The notes below the pieces were generated by a model. It was not told the origin of the DNA and did no database searches. It saw only the letters and a list, made by a program, of their open reading frames with translations. The translations under genes were made by a program, and so were the position numbers. Source: Naegleria gruberi (lineage: Eukaryota). Taken from it: DNA of 64,000 nt. The stretch's first letter is position 1. Each line of letters starts with the position of its first letter. The stretch is from the NCBI GenBank assembly GCA_000004985.1, contig GG738853.1, one strand, 5' to 3'. Of the stretch, positions 28,647-39,262 are shown in pieces.

Positions 28647-31236
28647 TAAATTCCAATCTACTTAATAACCTAATACCTCTAAATAAGAAAGTATAGTCAT
28701 CCATGTTCATCCTGGAAGACTTCTTGAAATCCAATCCAGTAATATACCTCTGGACATACAATCCAAGAATTTCATTCAAAATTTTCCTAGTTCTGGTCAT
28801 AACAGTTTGTCCAATAGACTTGGATTGTTTGGCATAATTTGTAATACCTTCGAAAATCTTTCTAGTATATCTTGGAAGTATTGTTTGTACATCTTCATTG
28901 TTTGTATTGAAGCCTTGTTTTCCTGGAGCTAAAATGCACATTATGAGCAACTTGATAAACTTGTCAGTTTCCATAATGCTTTCATTTCCATTCACCTTTT
29001 GTCCAGTCAATGTACTTGGATACTTGTCGAGGATAAGACCAATAAAGTTAAGTAATCTGAAGGTTGTAGATGTCTTTCTGTTGACAAACTTTTCACTATC
29101 CAATGTATTAATAATCAGGAAACAATCACTTGGCTTCTTCAAAGCAAATTTCTCAATAAAGTGATAGATATGACTCATGATGGAACAAGAATAAGAGGAG
29201 ACATATTCCTCTTCTCCGTCATCTTTACCTTTCACATCTTCGTCCTCATCCAACATTGGATCAGAGGTACTCTCAACTTTTCTCTTCTTATAATTGGCAA
29301 GTCTACCACCAGAGGAACTTGATCTCTTGTTCTCGCTCTCAATTTCATCGTGTTCCTTTTCCAAGTTGAACAATTGGTGAGGGTAGAGGAATTTGTGATT
29401 GAAGAGCCAATACAAACAGTCAAATGATGCTTCTAGCTTTTGTAACCAAATCATAACTTGTTCAAAGTATGAAATATCTGTAGCAGTTGTCAAAGTATTC
29501 TTCACATTCTTCTTTTCCTCTTTCTCTGATTTGACCTTAATAGAAGATGAATAAGAAGGAATTAAAGAGGAAGGAACATCAACAACCTTAAGTACACTGG
29601 ACTCATCAGCCTTGAATTTAGCATGGATCCATCTTCTTGGACCATCATCTGAATCAAAACCAGGAAGGAGCATACATAATGTTGGGAATAGCTTCATACA
29701 TTGCTCACGACAAATTCGTTCTCCATTGCCACATTGCATAAATATCCAATCAACTGCATGTGCAAGTGTAACATGTATTCTTCTATCGTTTTCCTTGATT
29801 AATAAATGTGATTTGGCAACAATAATTCTTTCAATGTGATCTATGAGTTGAATAGTCTTTTCTACTAAACCTAGAGAATTTTCTGAACTTTTCTGGTCTA
29901 ATGAAGATGCCTCGTTATCTACAATCTTTAAACTCACAATAACATTGTGTAACCAATCTAAAACGTGTCTCTGGACAAGTGAATCCACTTCTCTGAAACT
30001 CTTGTACATACTATTGAAAGCCATAATGGCACCCAAACGTTTAAACAAATTAGGATGGTGAATGTTACTGTACAATCTTTGGAAAAGAGACTTGACATTA
30101 ATAAATTTGCCATCCTTATCATGTTTAACAGACCACTTGAGGAATTCATTCAAAAGTAATGAGCATTGATCTCTCAAGGCACCATCAGTAGTCTCTGACA
30201 TGGAGTCAATAATAGCATCGAGGAGAGCCATTGTTTCCTTATTTTCATATTGCATGTTTTGGGTAAGCCAATGGACTAATTGGAATATTAAAGGTTCGAA
30301 CAATTGTTTAGTCACTTGTTCAGTATCCACAGATAATCTTAAAAGAACAGGGAAGATCTTTTCGTAAATCTTAAAGTATGGTGTTGGATCAGTGGAAACA
30401 ACAATGGTAGTGGCATCTTCATCATTGGTATTATTATCTTGTTTTTTCCTCTTTTCGTCTTCTTCTGCCTGCTTTAATTGGATTTCTTGTGCTCTTTGTC
30501 TTGCTTGTGGACTGTAAGCATTCTTACCAACCATGTACAGGACAAGAGAGTGCAAGAACTCACAAGCCGCAATCTTTGTTTGACGATCACTAGACTTTTC
30601 AGCCAATTCAGTAATTCTTGGGAGAATGGAATCAAAGTACAGCTCTAATTTAACATCACGGAATGGCATTGAAAACTTAACCCTTTGCTCAGTGTCCCAT
30701 CTAATGATATTTTCATCAGCTTCTTTCTCAGAGGCAGAGTTCAAGATAAGAATATTATCACCACCAATTTTACCCAGTAATCTGATAACTCCCAATTGTA
30801 CTTTTCCAAGTGGAGTTTGATCAGAAGATGACTTGTTTTGTGATTTAGACTTGTCATCATTAATCTTTCTTATAGAGTTCTTTGTTTGTCCTTTTAATAA
30901 TTTCTTCACATCCACTACATCAGAATCAGCTCCAGAATTCTCCTCTCCAATACCAACAGAAGAGTTATGTTTAACCATAAGATATGGATTCAACTTTGGT
31001 AAGACCTTTGGTAAACATTTCTCTGTAATTTCCTTCTTTGGCAAAACTTTAATCCAATGCTCTAGTGCTTTTAGGCCAATATCAGCAAGAGGCAAATAGC
31101 TAAGACCTAGTTCGAATGAGAGCTGAAGTGGATGTACAAAGTATCTCAAATCAATGAAATTCCTTGGCATTGAAAGTACAAATTTGATACAACTGGTGAG
31201 TAAATCTCCTTTAAATTCATGAAGTCTCTGAATCAC
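28453..31236 (-). CDS. PRKDC: DNA-PKcs-like PIKK, segment 2
   Basis: 927-aa ORF. The track start is a GTG, not ATG. The frame is offset by 1 nt from segment 1, so a short intron or an indel lies in 31237..31357. Confidence 0.7.
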   Translation of the reverse strand: MIQRLHEFKGDLLTSCIKFVLSMPRNFIDLRYFVHPLQLSFELGLSYLPLADIGLKALEHWIKVLPKKEITEKCLPKVLPKLNPYLMVKHNSSVGIGEENSGADSDVVDVKKLLKGQTKNSIRKINDDKSKSQNKSSSDQTPLGKVQLGVIRLLGKIGGDNILILNSASEKEADENIIRWDTEQRVKFSMPFRDVKLELYFDSILPRITELAEKSSDRQTKIAACEFLHSLVLYMVGKNAYSPQARQRAQEIQLKQAEEDEKRKKQDNNTNDEDATTIVVSTDPTPYFKIYEKIFPVLLRLSVDTEQVTKQLFEPLIFQLVHWLTQNMQYENKETMALLDAIIDSMSETTDGALRDQCSLLLNEFLKWSVKHDKDGKFINVKSLFQRLYSNIHHPNLFKRLGAIMAFNSMYKSFREVDSLVQRHVLDWLHNVIVSLKIVDNEASSLDQKSSENSLGLVEKTIQLIDHIERIIVAKSHLLIKENDRRIHVTLAHAVDWIFMQCGNGERICREQCMKLFPTLCMLLPGFDSDDGPRRWIHAKFKADESSVLKVVDVPSSLIPSYSSSIKVKSEKEEKKNVKNTLTTATDISYFEQVMIWLQKLEASFDCLYWLFNHKFLYPHQLFNLEKEHDEIESENKRSSSSGGRLANYKKRKVESTSDPMLDEDEDVKGKDDGEEEYVSSYSCSIMSHIYHFIEKFALKKPSDCFLIINTLDSEKFVNRKTSTTFRLLNFIGLILDKYPSTLTGQKVNGNESIMETDKFIKLLIMCILAPGKQGFNTNNEDVQTILPRYTRKIFEGITNYAKQSKSIGQTVMTRTRKILNEILGLYVQRYITGLDFKKSSRMNMDDYTFLFRGIRLLSRLEFIDDSSFLPNYSSRKVFANVISNKLFTENFDSLMGPVNVIISKELLQLCFDFGLGRKYFELCYYI

Positions 31237-31313
31237 ATTTTCTTTTACAAATTTGAGTAAGTATTGGAAACAAGTGACTCTAGTATTATAGTCTACTGTG
31301 AAGAGCTTTCTTA

Positions 31314-33659
31314 TTAAAACTTCATCATCTCGACTTGCTCCTCTTCTATTGGAGTATCATCTAACATGGATTGTGATTCTTGTTTGATTATTCTATCCTT
31401 TGTGAAAATGCTCTTCTCGTTAATATCCTCAAAGTATTCATACCTGTCACTAATCCTCATAGCAACTGAGAGTAGTTTATAAAAACCACTAATATATGAA
31501 TATTGAGTAGACTTTTCAATTAAAAGTTTTGAAAATATATAGTTCCATCTAATAAAGTGTTTTGGTTTGCACTTTTTCATGAATAGCTTGGTGAATTCGA
31601 TCAAATTTAAGAAAAGTTCCATATCTTTAGCATTGGATGGTATGAGAGCATCTTGAATCATTTCAGCAGAAACCTCAACTGGAGTAGAACCAGCTTGGTT
31701 ACTAATATTATTAACATTTGTACATCTTAGATCAAATTTAGAAATCATTTGCATAATTACTTCTATAATCTTGTCATAAACAAGAGAATGTAAATGTTCA
31801 ATTACTTCCTCAGAAAAAGATAAATCAATCCAAGGATAGTTCCATTCTCCCAATTTGATAGTCTTTGGATTCAAAATATTATACCACAAGTCCAAATATT
31901 CTTCATAGAGAGAAACTGGTTGATCCATATCCAAATTCACATCATTAGTGGAAACCATACTATTTACAGAGGATATTGTCAAGGTCATACTTTGGAAAAT
32001 AATTCTATCCAAAAAGCTGGACAGTGCTCTTTCCTTCAAATACAAAGCAATTAATAATTTTACAAATGCACTATAGTTGGCATACCTATACTTTGGGAAT
32101 AAATATTGCTTAGGGTAAACTAAAAAGAGAATACCAGAAATCTTTTCTAATGAATCTAAAATCCAAGAATCAATAGTATCCAATTCCAAAATAATATTTG
32201 CAAAAGCAGACAAAAATGAAGGAATATGAGAAACTGATTCTTCTAATTGTTCTTGACTTCTAGTTAATAATTGATCACTCAATTTCATTAGTTGTCTCAA
32301 AATCATCTTAGTATCACTTTGAGTTAGGAATTTTTTCATTGGTAATGCAAATTGTCCAAAACTTCTAATAGCAATGCTTAGGTAGTATTTGTTAAAGGTT
32401 GGATTGGTAGTTGGAGGTGAGGAAGTTCCACTTCCTTGAGTCATTGTAATATCTGCAAAATTGAGTGATAATAAAGATTTGAATTTTTGCATCAGATTTT
32501 TAAATGTCCTCAAGTTGGATTCTAATTTTCTCCCTCCTTCACGTACAAGTTCATAGGAAATTTGAGCTAAAAAGCTTTCAAGTGCTGGAAATGAATTCTT
32601 TCTAACCTTGTCATTTCTGTGAGAACATAGAGTTGACAATCTGTCAAACATCTTTTCAGCATCAACAGTGAGATATTCCTTAAATTGATAAGCATGTTTT
32701 GAAATCATAATTAGAGCTGCTTTAGGTACATCATATCTTGTTTCATTGACAAGTTCCAAACTTGTACAAATTAATTGATAAAGTGGTTTAATATATGATG
32801 ATCCTTCCTCTACAGAGCCACCAAATTGTGACAAGAAATGAGAAAGCCCTCTAAATGTTGATGCAATAAGTTGTGGTTCTGGTTTAGCCTTTTTTGATTG
32901 ATTCAATAATGTATTCATCAAGAGTGATAACATTTGTTGTTGATACATGTGAGTTTCTCCTGGGAAGTACTCACACAATACACCTAACAAATGCAAAATT
33001 GCTCCTTTTACAGATTGATTTCCACTATTTGTCATTCTTTGAAACTCTTTGAAATAAACTTGAAATACTTCCTTGATGTTTAAACTTGTTTCGGATTCGG
33101 CTGGTGATCTTGTTATTGTTGTTTCATTATTATTGTTATTATCATCCTCCATCAAATCACCTTCCTGTTGTTGTTGGTTAGCAGCTGTTGTTAAAGATGA
33201 CGATGAAGATGATTTGATTAAACTTGATCCATTTTCCATCAAAATAATTAATAATTTAATCAGTGGTGCTATTGTTGATAATCTAACTTGGTTCGAACTT
33301 TCACGTCTAAAAACATTGACACACCACCGTTTAATGATGAGAGCCTGTTCTAAAATTCTCTCCCGAGCAATCTTGATATAATTTAAAAGAAAATCAAAGA
33401 TGGCCTTCCTACTCAATGTCATTGTCTTGTTACCTTGTGTGCTTGGATAGAGTGTTATTGATTGATGAACATAGGCAAATATACCCTTTTCCTCATGAAA
33501 TAAAACACTCGAACACAGACCAATGTCATCGGGTGATAATCTACTAACAAAATCATTCATATCTGATATGATCGATATTGGGTTCAATAGAGCCATTGAC
33601 TTTTCTCCATCTTGCAACACAATGTGAAGATCAGAGAGATTTCTCTCAAGGGCTTGCAT
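31314..33659 (-). CDS. PRKDC: DNA-PKcs-like PIKK, segment 1 (N-terminal HEAT region)
   Basis: 781-aa ORF with ATG at 33659. Helical-repeat composition. This is the first of four co-linear same-strand ORFs that together total about 4600 aa. Confidence 0.7.
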   Translation of the reverse strand: MQALERNLSDLHIVLQDGEKSMALLNPISIISDMNDFVSRLSPDDIGLCSSVLFHEEKGIFAYVHQSITLYPSTQGNKTMTLSRKAIFDFLLNYIKIARERILEQALIIKRWCVNVFRRESSNQVRLSTIAPLIKLLIILMENGSSLIKSSSSSSLTTAANQQQQEGDLMEDDNNNNNETTITRSPAESETSLNIKEVFQVYFKEFQRMTNSGNQSVKGAILHLLGVLCEYFPGETHMYQQQMLSLLMNTLLNQSKKAKPEPQLIASTFRGLSHFLSQFGGSVEEGSSYIKPLYQLICTSLELVNETRYDVPKAALIMISKHAYQFKEYLTVDAEKMFDRLSTLCSHRNDKVRKNSFPALESFLAQISYELVREGGRKLESNLRTFKNLMQKFKSLLSLNFADITMTQGSGTSSPPTTNPTFNKYYLSIAIRSFGQFALPMKKFLTQSDTKMILRQLMKLSDQLLTRSQEQLEESVSHIPSFLSAFANIILELDTIDSWILDSLEKISGILFLVYPKQYLFPKYRYANYSAFVKLLIALYLKERALSSFLDRIIFQSMTLTISSVNSMVSTNDVNLDMDQPVSLYEEYLDLWYNILNPKTIKLGEWNYPWIDLSFSEEVIEHLHSLVYDKIIEVIMQMISKFDLRCTNVNNISNQAGSTPVEVSAEMIQDALIPSNAKDMELFLNLIEFTKLFMKKCKPKHFIRWNYIFSKLLIEKSTQYSYISGFYKLLSVAMRISDRYEYFEDINEKSIFTKDRIIKQESQSMLDDTPIEEEQVEMMKF

Positions 33660-33844
33660 GATGGTAAAATAAATTAATTTTTTTTTGATTTAAAATTTGG
33701 AGGGAAATGATTTTATCCAGAATGTGATTGAATCTTTGAGATTATGGAGCCATTTGCAAAAGAAAGTCTCAGTGTTGTTAAATAATAATAATTATTGTTT
33801 GGTACAATTTAATATCACAGAGAATTTACAAAATAGTTACAAGT

Positions 33845-36040
33845 TTAGAATTTGAGCAAATTAGAAGTAGAGGCCTTCTTTGGTGGTGGTAAGAATTCTT
33901 CTTCCTCTTCTTCCTCTTCCTCCTCTTCTTCTTCTTCTTCCTCCTCTTCTTCCTCTTCCTCTTCCTCTTCACCTTCAAGTTCTTCACCCTCTTCCTCTTC
34001 TTCTTCTTCCTCCTCTTCCTCTTCTTCCTCTTCACTGTCATAGAAGTTGTCGATATTATCATCGTCACCTTCTTCTTCCTCTTCTTCGGACTCGTATTCT
34101 TCACTTTCTTCCTCTTCTTCTTCTCCATAGAAATCATCAATATCTCCAGTGAAAAGTTCAGAAGATGTTTCTCCAATAGCACCAACATCAGCTTGACCAT
34201 CAGTAGCAGCCACGACATTTCTTTCCTCATAGTTGAGTGTTTCAACTGGGAAATCGGGCAGAGGAGTGTATCCTGATGTTGAGTGGTTGAGTATGTGTGA
34301 TAATGAACCCAATAAGAATCTAGCACGATCTTCAACGAATTTACTGTTAAGAGAAACAGAATTCTTCTTTCCTGATGACCCAAAGATTTCGTCCGACTTT
34401 TCATGAAGTGTACTTGTTGTTCCCTTTGGATTAAACAAGATATTTCTCATAAATCTGGCACGATCACGAACATCGTAACTTTGATCGTAACGAGCCAAAT
34501 TCAATACGTATTGAATTAACATGTTAATTTGTTCTGATTTCTTATCTCCAGTACTTTCTAAACTCAAATAAAGTTTTGTACTCAAATTCAATGCTTGCAA
34601 TTTAACCAAGTCATCTTCTTTAACAAAGTCTTTAGCTAAAATACGAAGAGCATCAGCAGCAACACCAATACCAACACCTCCTGATGGAAGATATTCAATA
34701 TATTCACCAATCATATAAGCAATACTTGCTCTAGCAATTGGAACCTTAATATCATCCAAAAGAATAGCCATTTGAAGAATAATCTTCTTGTTATCTTCTG
34801 GGTTTTGTTGAAGCAATTGGTGAATAGCAATAATAGATTCAGCAACAATGTGTTCAGAACCTTTGGTAATCAAATTCATGAGAGTTCCAATACAAGATTC
34901 AACAACTTCTGGAATCTTTGAAGCAACTCTGCCCATAGCTTTGATAGTATTATTAACAAAATCTTGTTCTGGGAATTTAACATATGTTCTAAATTCCTTC
35001 AAAATACTATGAACAGTTTCGTCTGTGGCAAGAAGTGACAAAATTTCCAATTTCAAATTTCTTACATAGGCTGGATCACTAGCATAAATAAAGAAATCCT
35101 TCAAATGGTTACCAAAAACTTCTGGTCTTTCTCTAGCAATTGTTGAAACTGACATTAAAACAATGTAAGCATTTTCACGATATGATCTCAAAATTCTCAA
35201 AAGTGGAGTAACACATTTCAATGAAAATTCTTGTCTTGGTGACAAGTAGAAATGTAAATTAACAACCATTAAAACAACTGCAGAGTTTCTAGTTCTTAAA
35301 AGTGGTGCAGTAGATCTGAGTAATAATCTGTGATCTTGATCAAGTTCCATTTCTGCTCCTGGTTCATATCCATCATCGAAAATTTCCTTGTTTCCATCAT
35401 GATCTCCTTCTTCATCATCTTCGTCATCATAGAAAGCACGTTTCTTATAAGTTTCTCCCTTGAATGGTGATTGGAAATGAGTACGACCATATCTCAACAA
35501 CATTTGCATAATAGAACATTGTCCCCATTCATCACAATCAACCAAATATCTACATAACTTTCTAAATACAGGGTGAATCAATTCATAATTTGTTGGACAA
35601 ACTTCATTGAAAGCGTGAACAGCAGCTCCCAAAACCATTGTGTTATTATCCTTTAACAATTCTCCAATTAGTTCGGCACATTCAACAGCCAATTCTTCAG
35701 GAGATTGTCTAAATACTTTAATAATACCAAGAGCAGCAGCCTTTCTAACATATGGACTCATATCATGGAGACACTTTTTGATTCCGACAAGAATAACTGT
35801 GGTAATATCTTGTACGTTCAAACTGGACATGACTCTCAAAGCCAAAGCTCTCAAGAATTGATTCTTATCATCAAGATCCTTTTGGAAGTTGTTAATTGAA
35901 AGCAATGCTTCTTCTTGTTTTTGTTCAGCAAAGTGAACAAGATACATGTACACTAACTTTTTCAATTCAACATTCTTTGTAATACAATTCTTGACAACGT
36001 ATGGGAAGAGAGGTTCGACTTCCTTGCCTGATGAAGCCAT
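33845..36040 (-). CDS. AP3B: AP-3 complex beta subunit, exon 2 (trunk plus acidic hinge; no ear domain)
   Basis: 731 aa. NYELIHPVFRKLCRYLVDCDEWGQCSIMQMLLRYGRTHF matches AP3B1 ([38 protein letters not shown]). The exon1-exon2 junction KLVGMKKVIAMASSGKEVEPLFPYVVKN aligns to AP3B1 RIVGMIAKGKNASELFPAVVKN. The Glu/Asp/Ser-rich hinge is typical of AP-3 beta. Confidence 0.7.
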   Translation of the reverse strand: MASSGKEVEPLFPYVVKNCITKNVELKKLVYMYLVHFAEQKQEEALLSINNFQKDLDDKNQFLRALALRVMSSLNVQDITTVILVGIKKCLHDMSPYVRKAAALGIIKVFRQSPEELAVECAELIGELLKDNNTMVLGAAVHAFNEVCPTNYELIHPVFRKLCRYLVDCDEWGQCSIMQMLLRYGRTHFQSPFKGETYKKRAFYDDEDDEEGDHDGNKEIFDDGYEPGAEMELDQDHRLLLRSTAPLLRTRNSAVVLMVVNLHFYLSPRQEFSLKCVTPLLRILRSYRENAYIVLMSVSTIARERPEVFGNHLKDFFIYASDPAYVRNLKLEILSLLATDETVHSILKEFRTYVKFPEQDFVNNTIKAMGRVASKIPEVVESCIGTLMNLITKGSEHIVAESIIAIHQLLQQNPEDNKKIILQMAILLDDIKVPIARASIAYMIGEYIEYLPSGGVGIGVAADALRILAKDFVKEDDLVKLQALNLSTKLYLSLESTGDKKSEQINMLIQYVLNLARYDQSYDVRDRARFMRNILFNPKGTTSTLHEKSDEIFGSSGKKNSVSLNSKFVEDRARFLLGSLSHILNHSTSGYTPLPDFPVETLNYEERNVVAATDGQADVGAIGETSSELFTGDIDDFYGEEEEEESEEYESEEEEEEGDDDNIDNFYDSEEEEEEEEEEEEEEEGEELEGEEEEEEEEEEEEEEEEEEEEEEEEEFLPPPKKASTSNLLKF
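33852..34140. repeat. imperfect (GAA/GAG)n trinucleotide repeat (ttc/ctc on the + strand) encoding the poly-Glu hinge of AP-3 beta
   Basis: Directly visible low-complexity tract. The other-frame ORFs (K/R-rich 33826..34404 minus; S-rich and L/P-rich on plus) are frame shadows of this tract. Confidence 0.85.
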
Positions 36041-36267
36041 CTATATATTTTAATTATTATTTAAATTGTTGTTGTTTGATGAACAATTAAATTATATATT
36101 GTTGTTAACACGATATATAAATATCACCAAGATCATCAATAACAAGATCCAAAACGATAAAGTACAATTAGTCATCAGTCAAATTATCATATTATCCACA
36201 ATCATCATCAAAAAATCCACACAAAAGCACCATCATCAAAAAAACCATCTAAAAAATCTTCACTTAC

Positions 36268-36405
36268 AGCAATAACCTTCTTCATACCAACCAACTTGTC
36301 TCTGAAATTATTAGAATCCAATTGTTTGGTAATCTCATCGAACTTGGCTGTATTCGATTCCTTAAAGTATTTACTATCACCTCCCAAAACTCCTGTGTAA
36401 GACAT
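36268..36405 (-). CDS. AP3B: AP-3 complex beta subunit, exon 1
   Basis: ATG at 36405. Translation MSYTGVLGGDSKYFKESNTAKFDEITKQLDSNNFRDKLVGMKKVIA ends in phase 0 at a GTAAGT donor (36267). The 227-nt intron ends at ..atatatag|ATG (36041). Confidence 0.6.
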
Positions 36406-36902
36406 TTTTTAAAAACTGATAATTATTAAAAAATAAATCTTTGCTGATGCAACACGACTCCGCTTCCAACTCCCAATTCTAACGACTAGAAAATTTTGCC
36501 ACTTGGCAATAGCCAATTAGAAGATAAGTGCTGGCTGCCTAAGGTGAAAGATTTTTCAACATTGCCTGAGAACATGTTTATTGTTAGATGAAATATTGTT
36601 CTTCCGAAAGTTGAAGGAAGAGATAACAAATATTAGCAAACTAAATTAACAACCAGAACTGTTTATAAAGAACAATGAGAAAGCTGTGCTTCAAACAGAT
36701 AATCATGAATTAATTCATTAATATTTTGAAGAATGAGTAGGAAATATTGTTGACCTAAGATAATTGTGTTCAGGGTTGCCAGGTTTAGATTATCCATTGT
36801 TAAACTGCTGTGCTTGTTTAACATAACTGTTTGGCTGACAATAACATCGTATTAATTGAGTCACTTGTCAAACATAATGACCCAATAATCATTAAAAAAT
36901 AA

Positions 36903-37302
36903 ATGCCAACACAATCAACCTCCTCTAATGATGCTTCCAATAACTATGAACCCATCCTGCAACAAGCAGAACAAATCATCCAAAAACGTTTTCTCATTCC
37001 CTACCAAGAGAAACTCAATCAATTATTAGGAGATAGAGGAAGTATTTCTCCAAACAATTCAACTTCGTCAAATCCATCTACATCTTCAGCAACACTTCCT
37101 CCACTCCAATTAATAGTAAATTGGTCTAGTATTAGAGATTTAATCAGAGAATATCCTGTTAATGGTCTTTCCATTGCTGAGAATGCTATTCAAATATTAC
37201 AAGAACCATCTTTATATGAAAATATGAGGAAAGGTGTGATGAGATACATTTCCGAAGATAAATTACAGAGAACTATATTTAATGATCAGGTAGATGTTAT
37301 TT
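36903..37302 (+). CDS. hypothetical protein, exon 1
   Basis: ATG at 36903. A canonical GTAAGT donor at 37303 lies inside the track ORF, whose read-through tail CKCCCAYLIYSMIANCLSDDLYLMIL looks intronic. The donor is phase 1. Confidence 0.4.
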
Positions 37303-37742
37303 GTAAGTGTTGCTGTGCTTATCTAATATATTCAATGATTGCGAATTGTCTTTCTGATGATTTATATTTGATGATTCTGTGAAAATGTGGTTGTCTATTA
37401 TTGATAATGTATTGCTGTGCAAAACACATGATTCTCGAAACAAAATTGTTGAAACACTGATTTTATTGGCATGACAATTTACAAATCGGTATTGTGAAAT
37501 TTGATGGAATTTTTTAACAACAATAACCTCGTCTCTAATACCTTTACTCTCTATATTGAAATATCATCATTGACACATTCTATTCACAAACATTTAACAA
37601 CTATTCCAATTTGAATCACAATTGTGGATAATGACACCATTTACTTGTTACTTCTCTTGATTATAATGATGACAATGAATGGTTGACAAATAATAATAAT
37701 AACAACACACTAACTAAACCATATCACAATAACAAACAACAG

Positions 37743-39262
37743 GTATTGACTTTTTTGCAGGAGGACTCAAGAGAGGAGATCAAGGATCTGAAGAGGAAAC
37801 ACTCGGAGAGGAAACAATGGTTGGTCTCTCTGATGAACATGAAGGTCATTTACTGTATATGATTAATGCCAGTACTCAGGAAATACTTGCATCGAGTACA
37901 TTTTATGAACATATTGAGGAGAGTTTTGATGAATTGTTGGAAACTCATCAACAAATATTGGAAAAACAAACAAGTAGTATTTCAAATCAAAAACAAAAAA
38001 CCAATCAATCCATGAAATCCATGCCAATTCAAAGTGGGATTGGAGGAGTAGCTTCAAAATCAAGCCCTCAACTCTCCACTTCACCACTCAGTAGAGGTAG
38101 CAGTGTCATTTTGAGCTCTTCACCAAATGCTCAACAGAGAAGTGCTCTCTCCAGACAAACATTTATGAGCTCTCCAAATTCAGCCACCACTCCAATCTCT
38201 CCTAATGATTTAACAACTGGAAAATCCAAGCCACCACTAAGAAGAATGTCATACGTCTATGATCCTAAGCATTTGGATGATGACGATTTGATTGGAAGTT
38301 CTACCTCAATGTCACACATTAATCCTGATACATTGGCTAGTGATTCGGATTTGGATAAAATTGAACAATTGAGACGTGTATGTCTTCATCCACATATTTG
38401 GGAAAAGAGAGATGTTTCCAAGTTGATTAGAATTTTACAAAATGAGGATCTTCGTTATTGGAAACCAAATTCTGAGCAATCAGTCATGATTGAAAAATCA
38501 GTTGAACAATTGGAAGCTAGATTTAAGAAATTTGCATCCAATGAAAAAATTGTCAAGGCGTGGATGATTACAAAGATTAATAGAAAGAGTTTGAAACAGG
38601 AGAGAGTTTTCGTCTTGACTGATTCCAAATTCTATACAATGAAATTCTCAAAGGATATTGATGAAAAGCATATCAAGATGTATCCTCTGAGTGCTGTAGC
38701 CATGATGGATTGTGCCAGATTTATTCCAAATAAGGATAAGAAGAAGAAACCATACGGTCTGGCAGTTTATATGGATGAAGAAAAAGTATCATCCGGTTCC
38801 AAAGTTAATGGAGATGAAGCTGAAACACATACCTATCTTTCACATGATGATAAGAAAAAGAAGAAGAATCTCTCTCAAAAAGTCATGGGTAAACTCCGTA
38901 AGGAAAAGACTCTCCAGACCAACTATGATGATTCCTTCGATGATGATGGTGATAGCTCTTCTATGGATGCTTCTCGTAGAGGAACAATTGTGGAAGAAAT
39001 CTCTCTCGAAGAAAAGTCACAACTCAGACCAGACACTAGTAATTTGGTAGCTCAATATTTCATGTCATGCAATACTGTTCACCAAAGTGAAGACCAACGT
39101 GAATTCCTGATGGAAATTTCATGGGCTATCTTTGCCTGTTGTAGTGCATTGAAAGGTGAACAACAACTCGTGCCATTCACACAACATCAAATCAAGAGAC
39201 CAAAGAAGGATTTGGTTGGCACCTACTTGTATAATAAGCTCAGTATTGGTATGAAGAAATAA
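37743..39262 (+). CDS. hypothetical Ser-rich protein, exon 2 (could instead be an independent gene starting at ATG 37817)
   Basis: The acceptor aacaaacaacag|GT at 37742 is phase-compatible with the 37303 donor (T+GT gives Cys), and the frame is continuous into the 481-aa ORF. The alternative acceptor ttttttgcag at 37760 would create TGA. Confidence 0.4.

Noticed and set aside
33826-34404. K/R-rich 192-aa ORF on the minus strand, and S-rich (33852..34043) and L/P-rich (33880..34152) ORFs on the plus strand
   Set aside because: All are alternative-frame or opposite-strand readings of the (GAA/GAG)n tract that encodes the AP-3 beta acidic hinge. They are frame shadows, not genes.
36011-36025. 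GGTTCGACTTCC, a tRNA T-loop-like motif
   Set aside because: It lies inside the AP-3 beta coding exon on the opposite strand and has no acceptor or D-arm context. It is a chance match.
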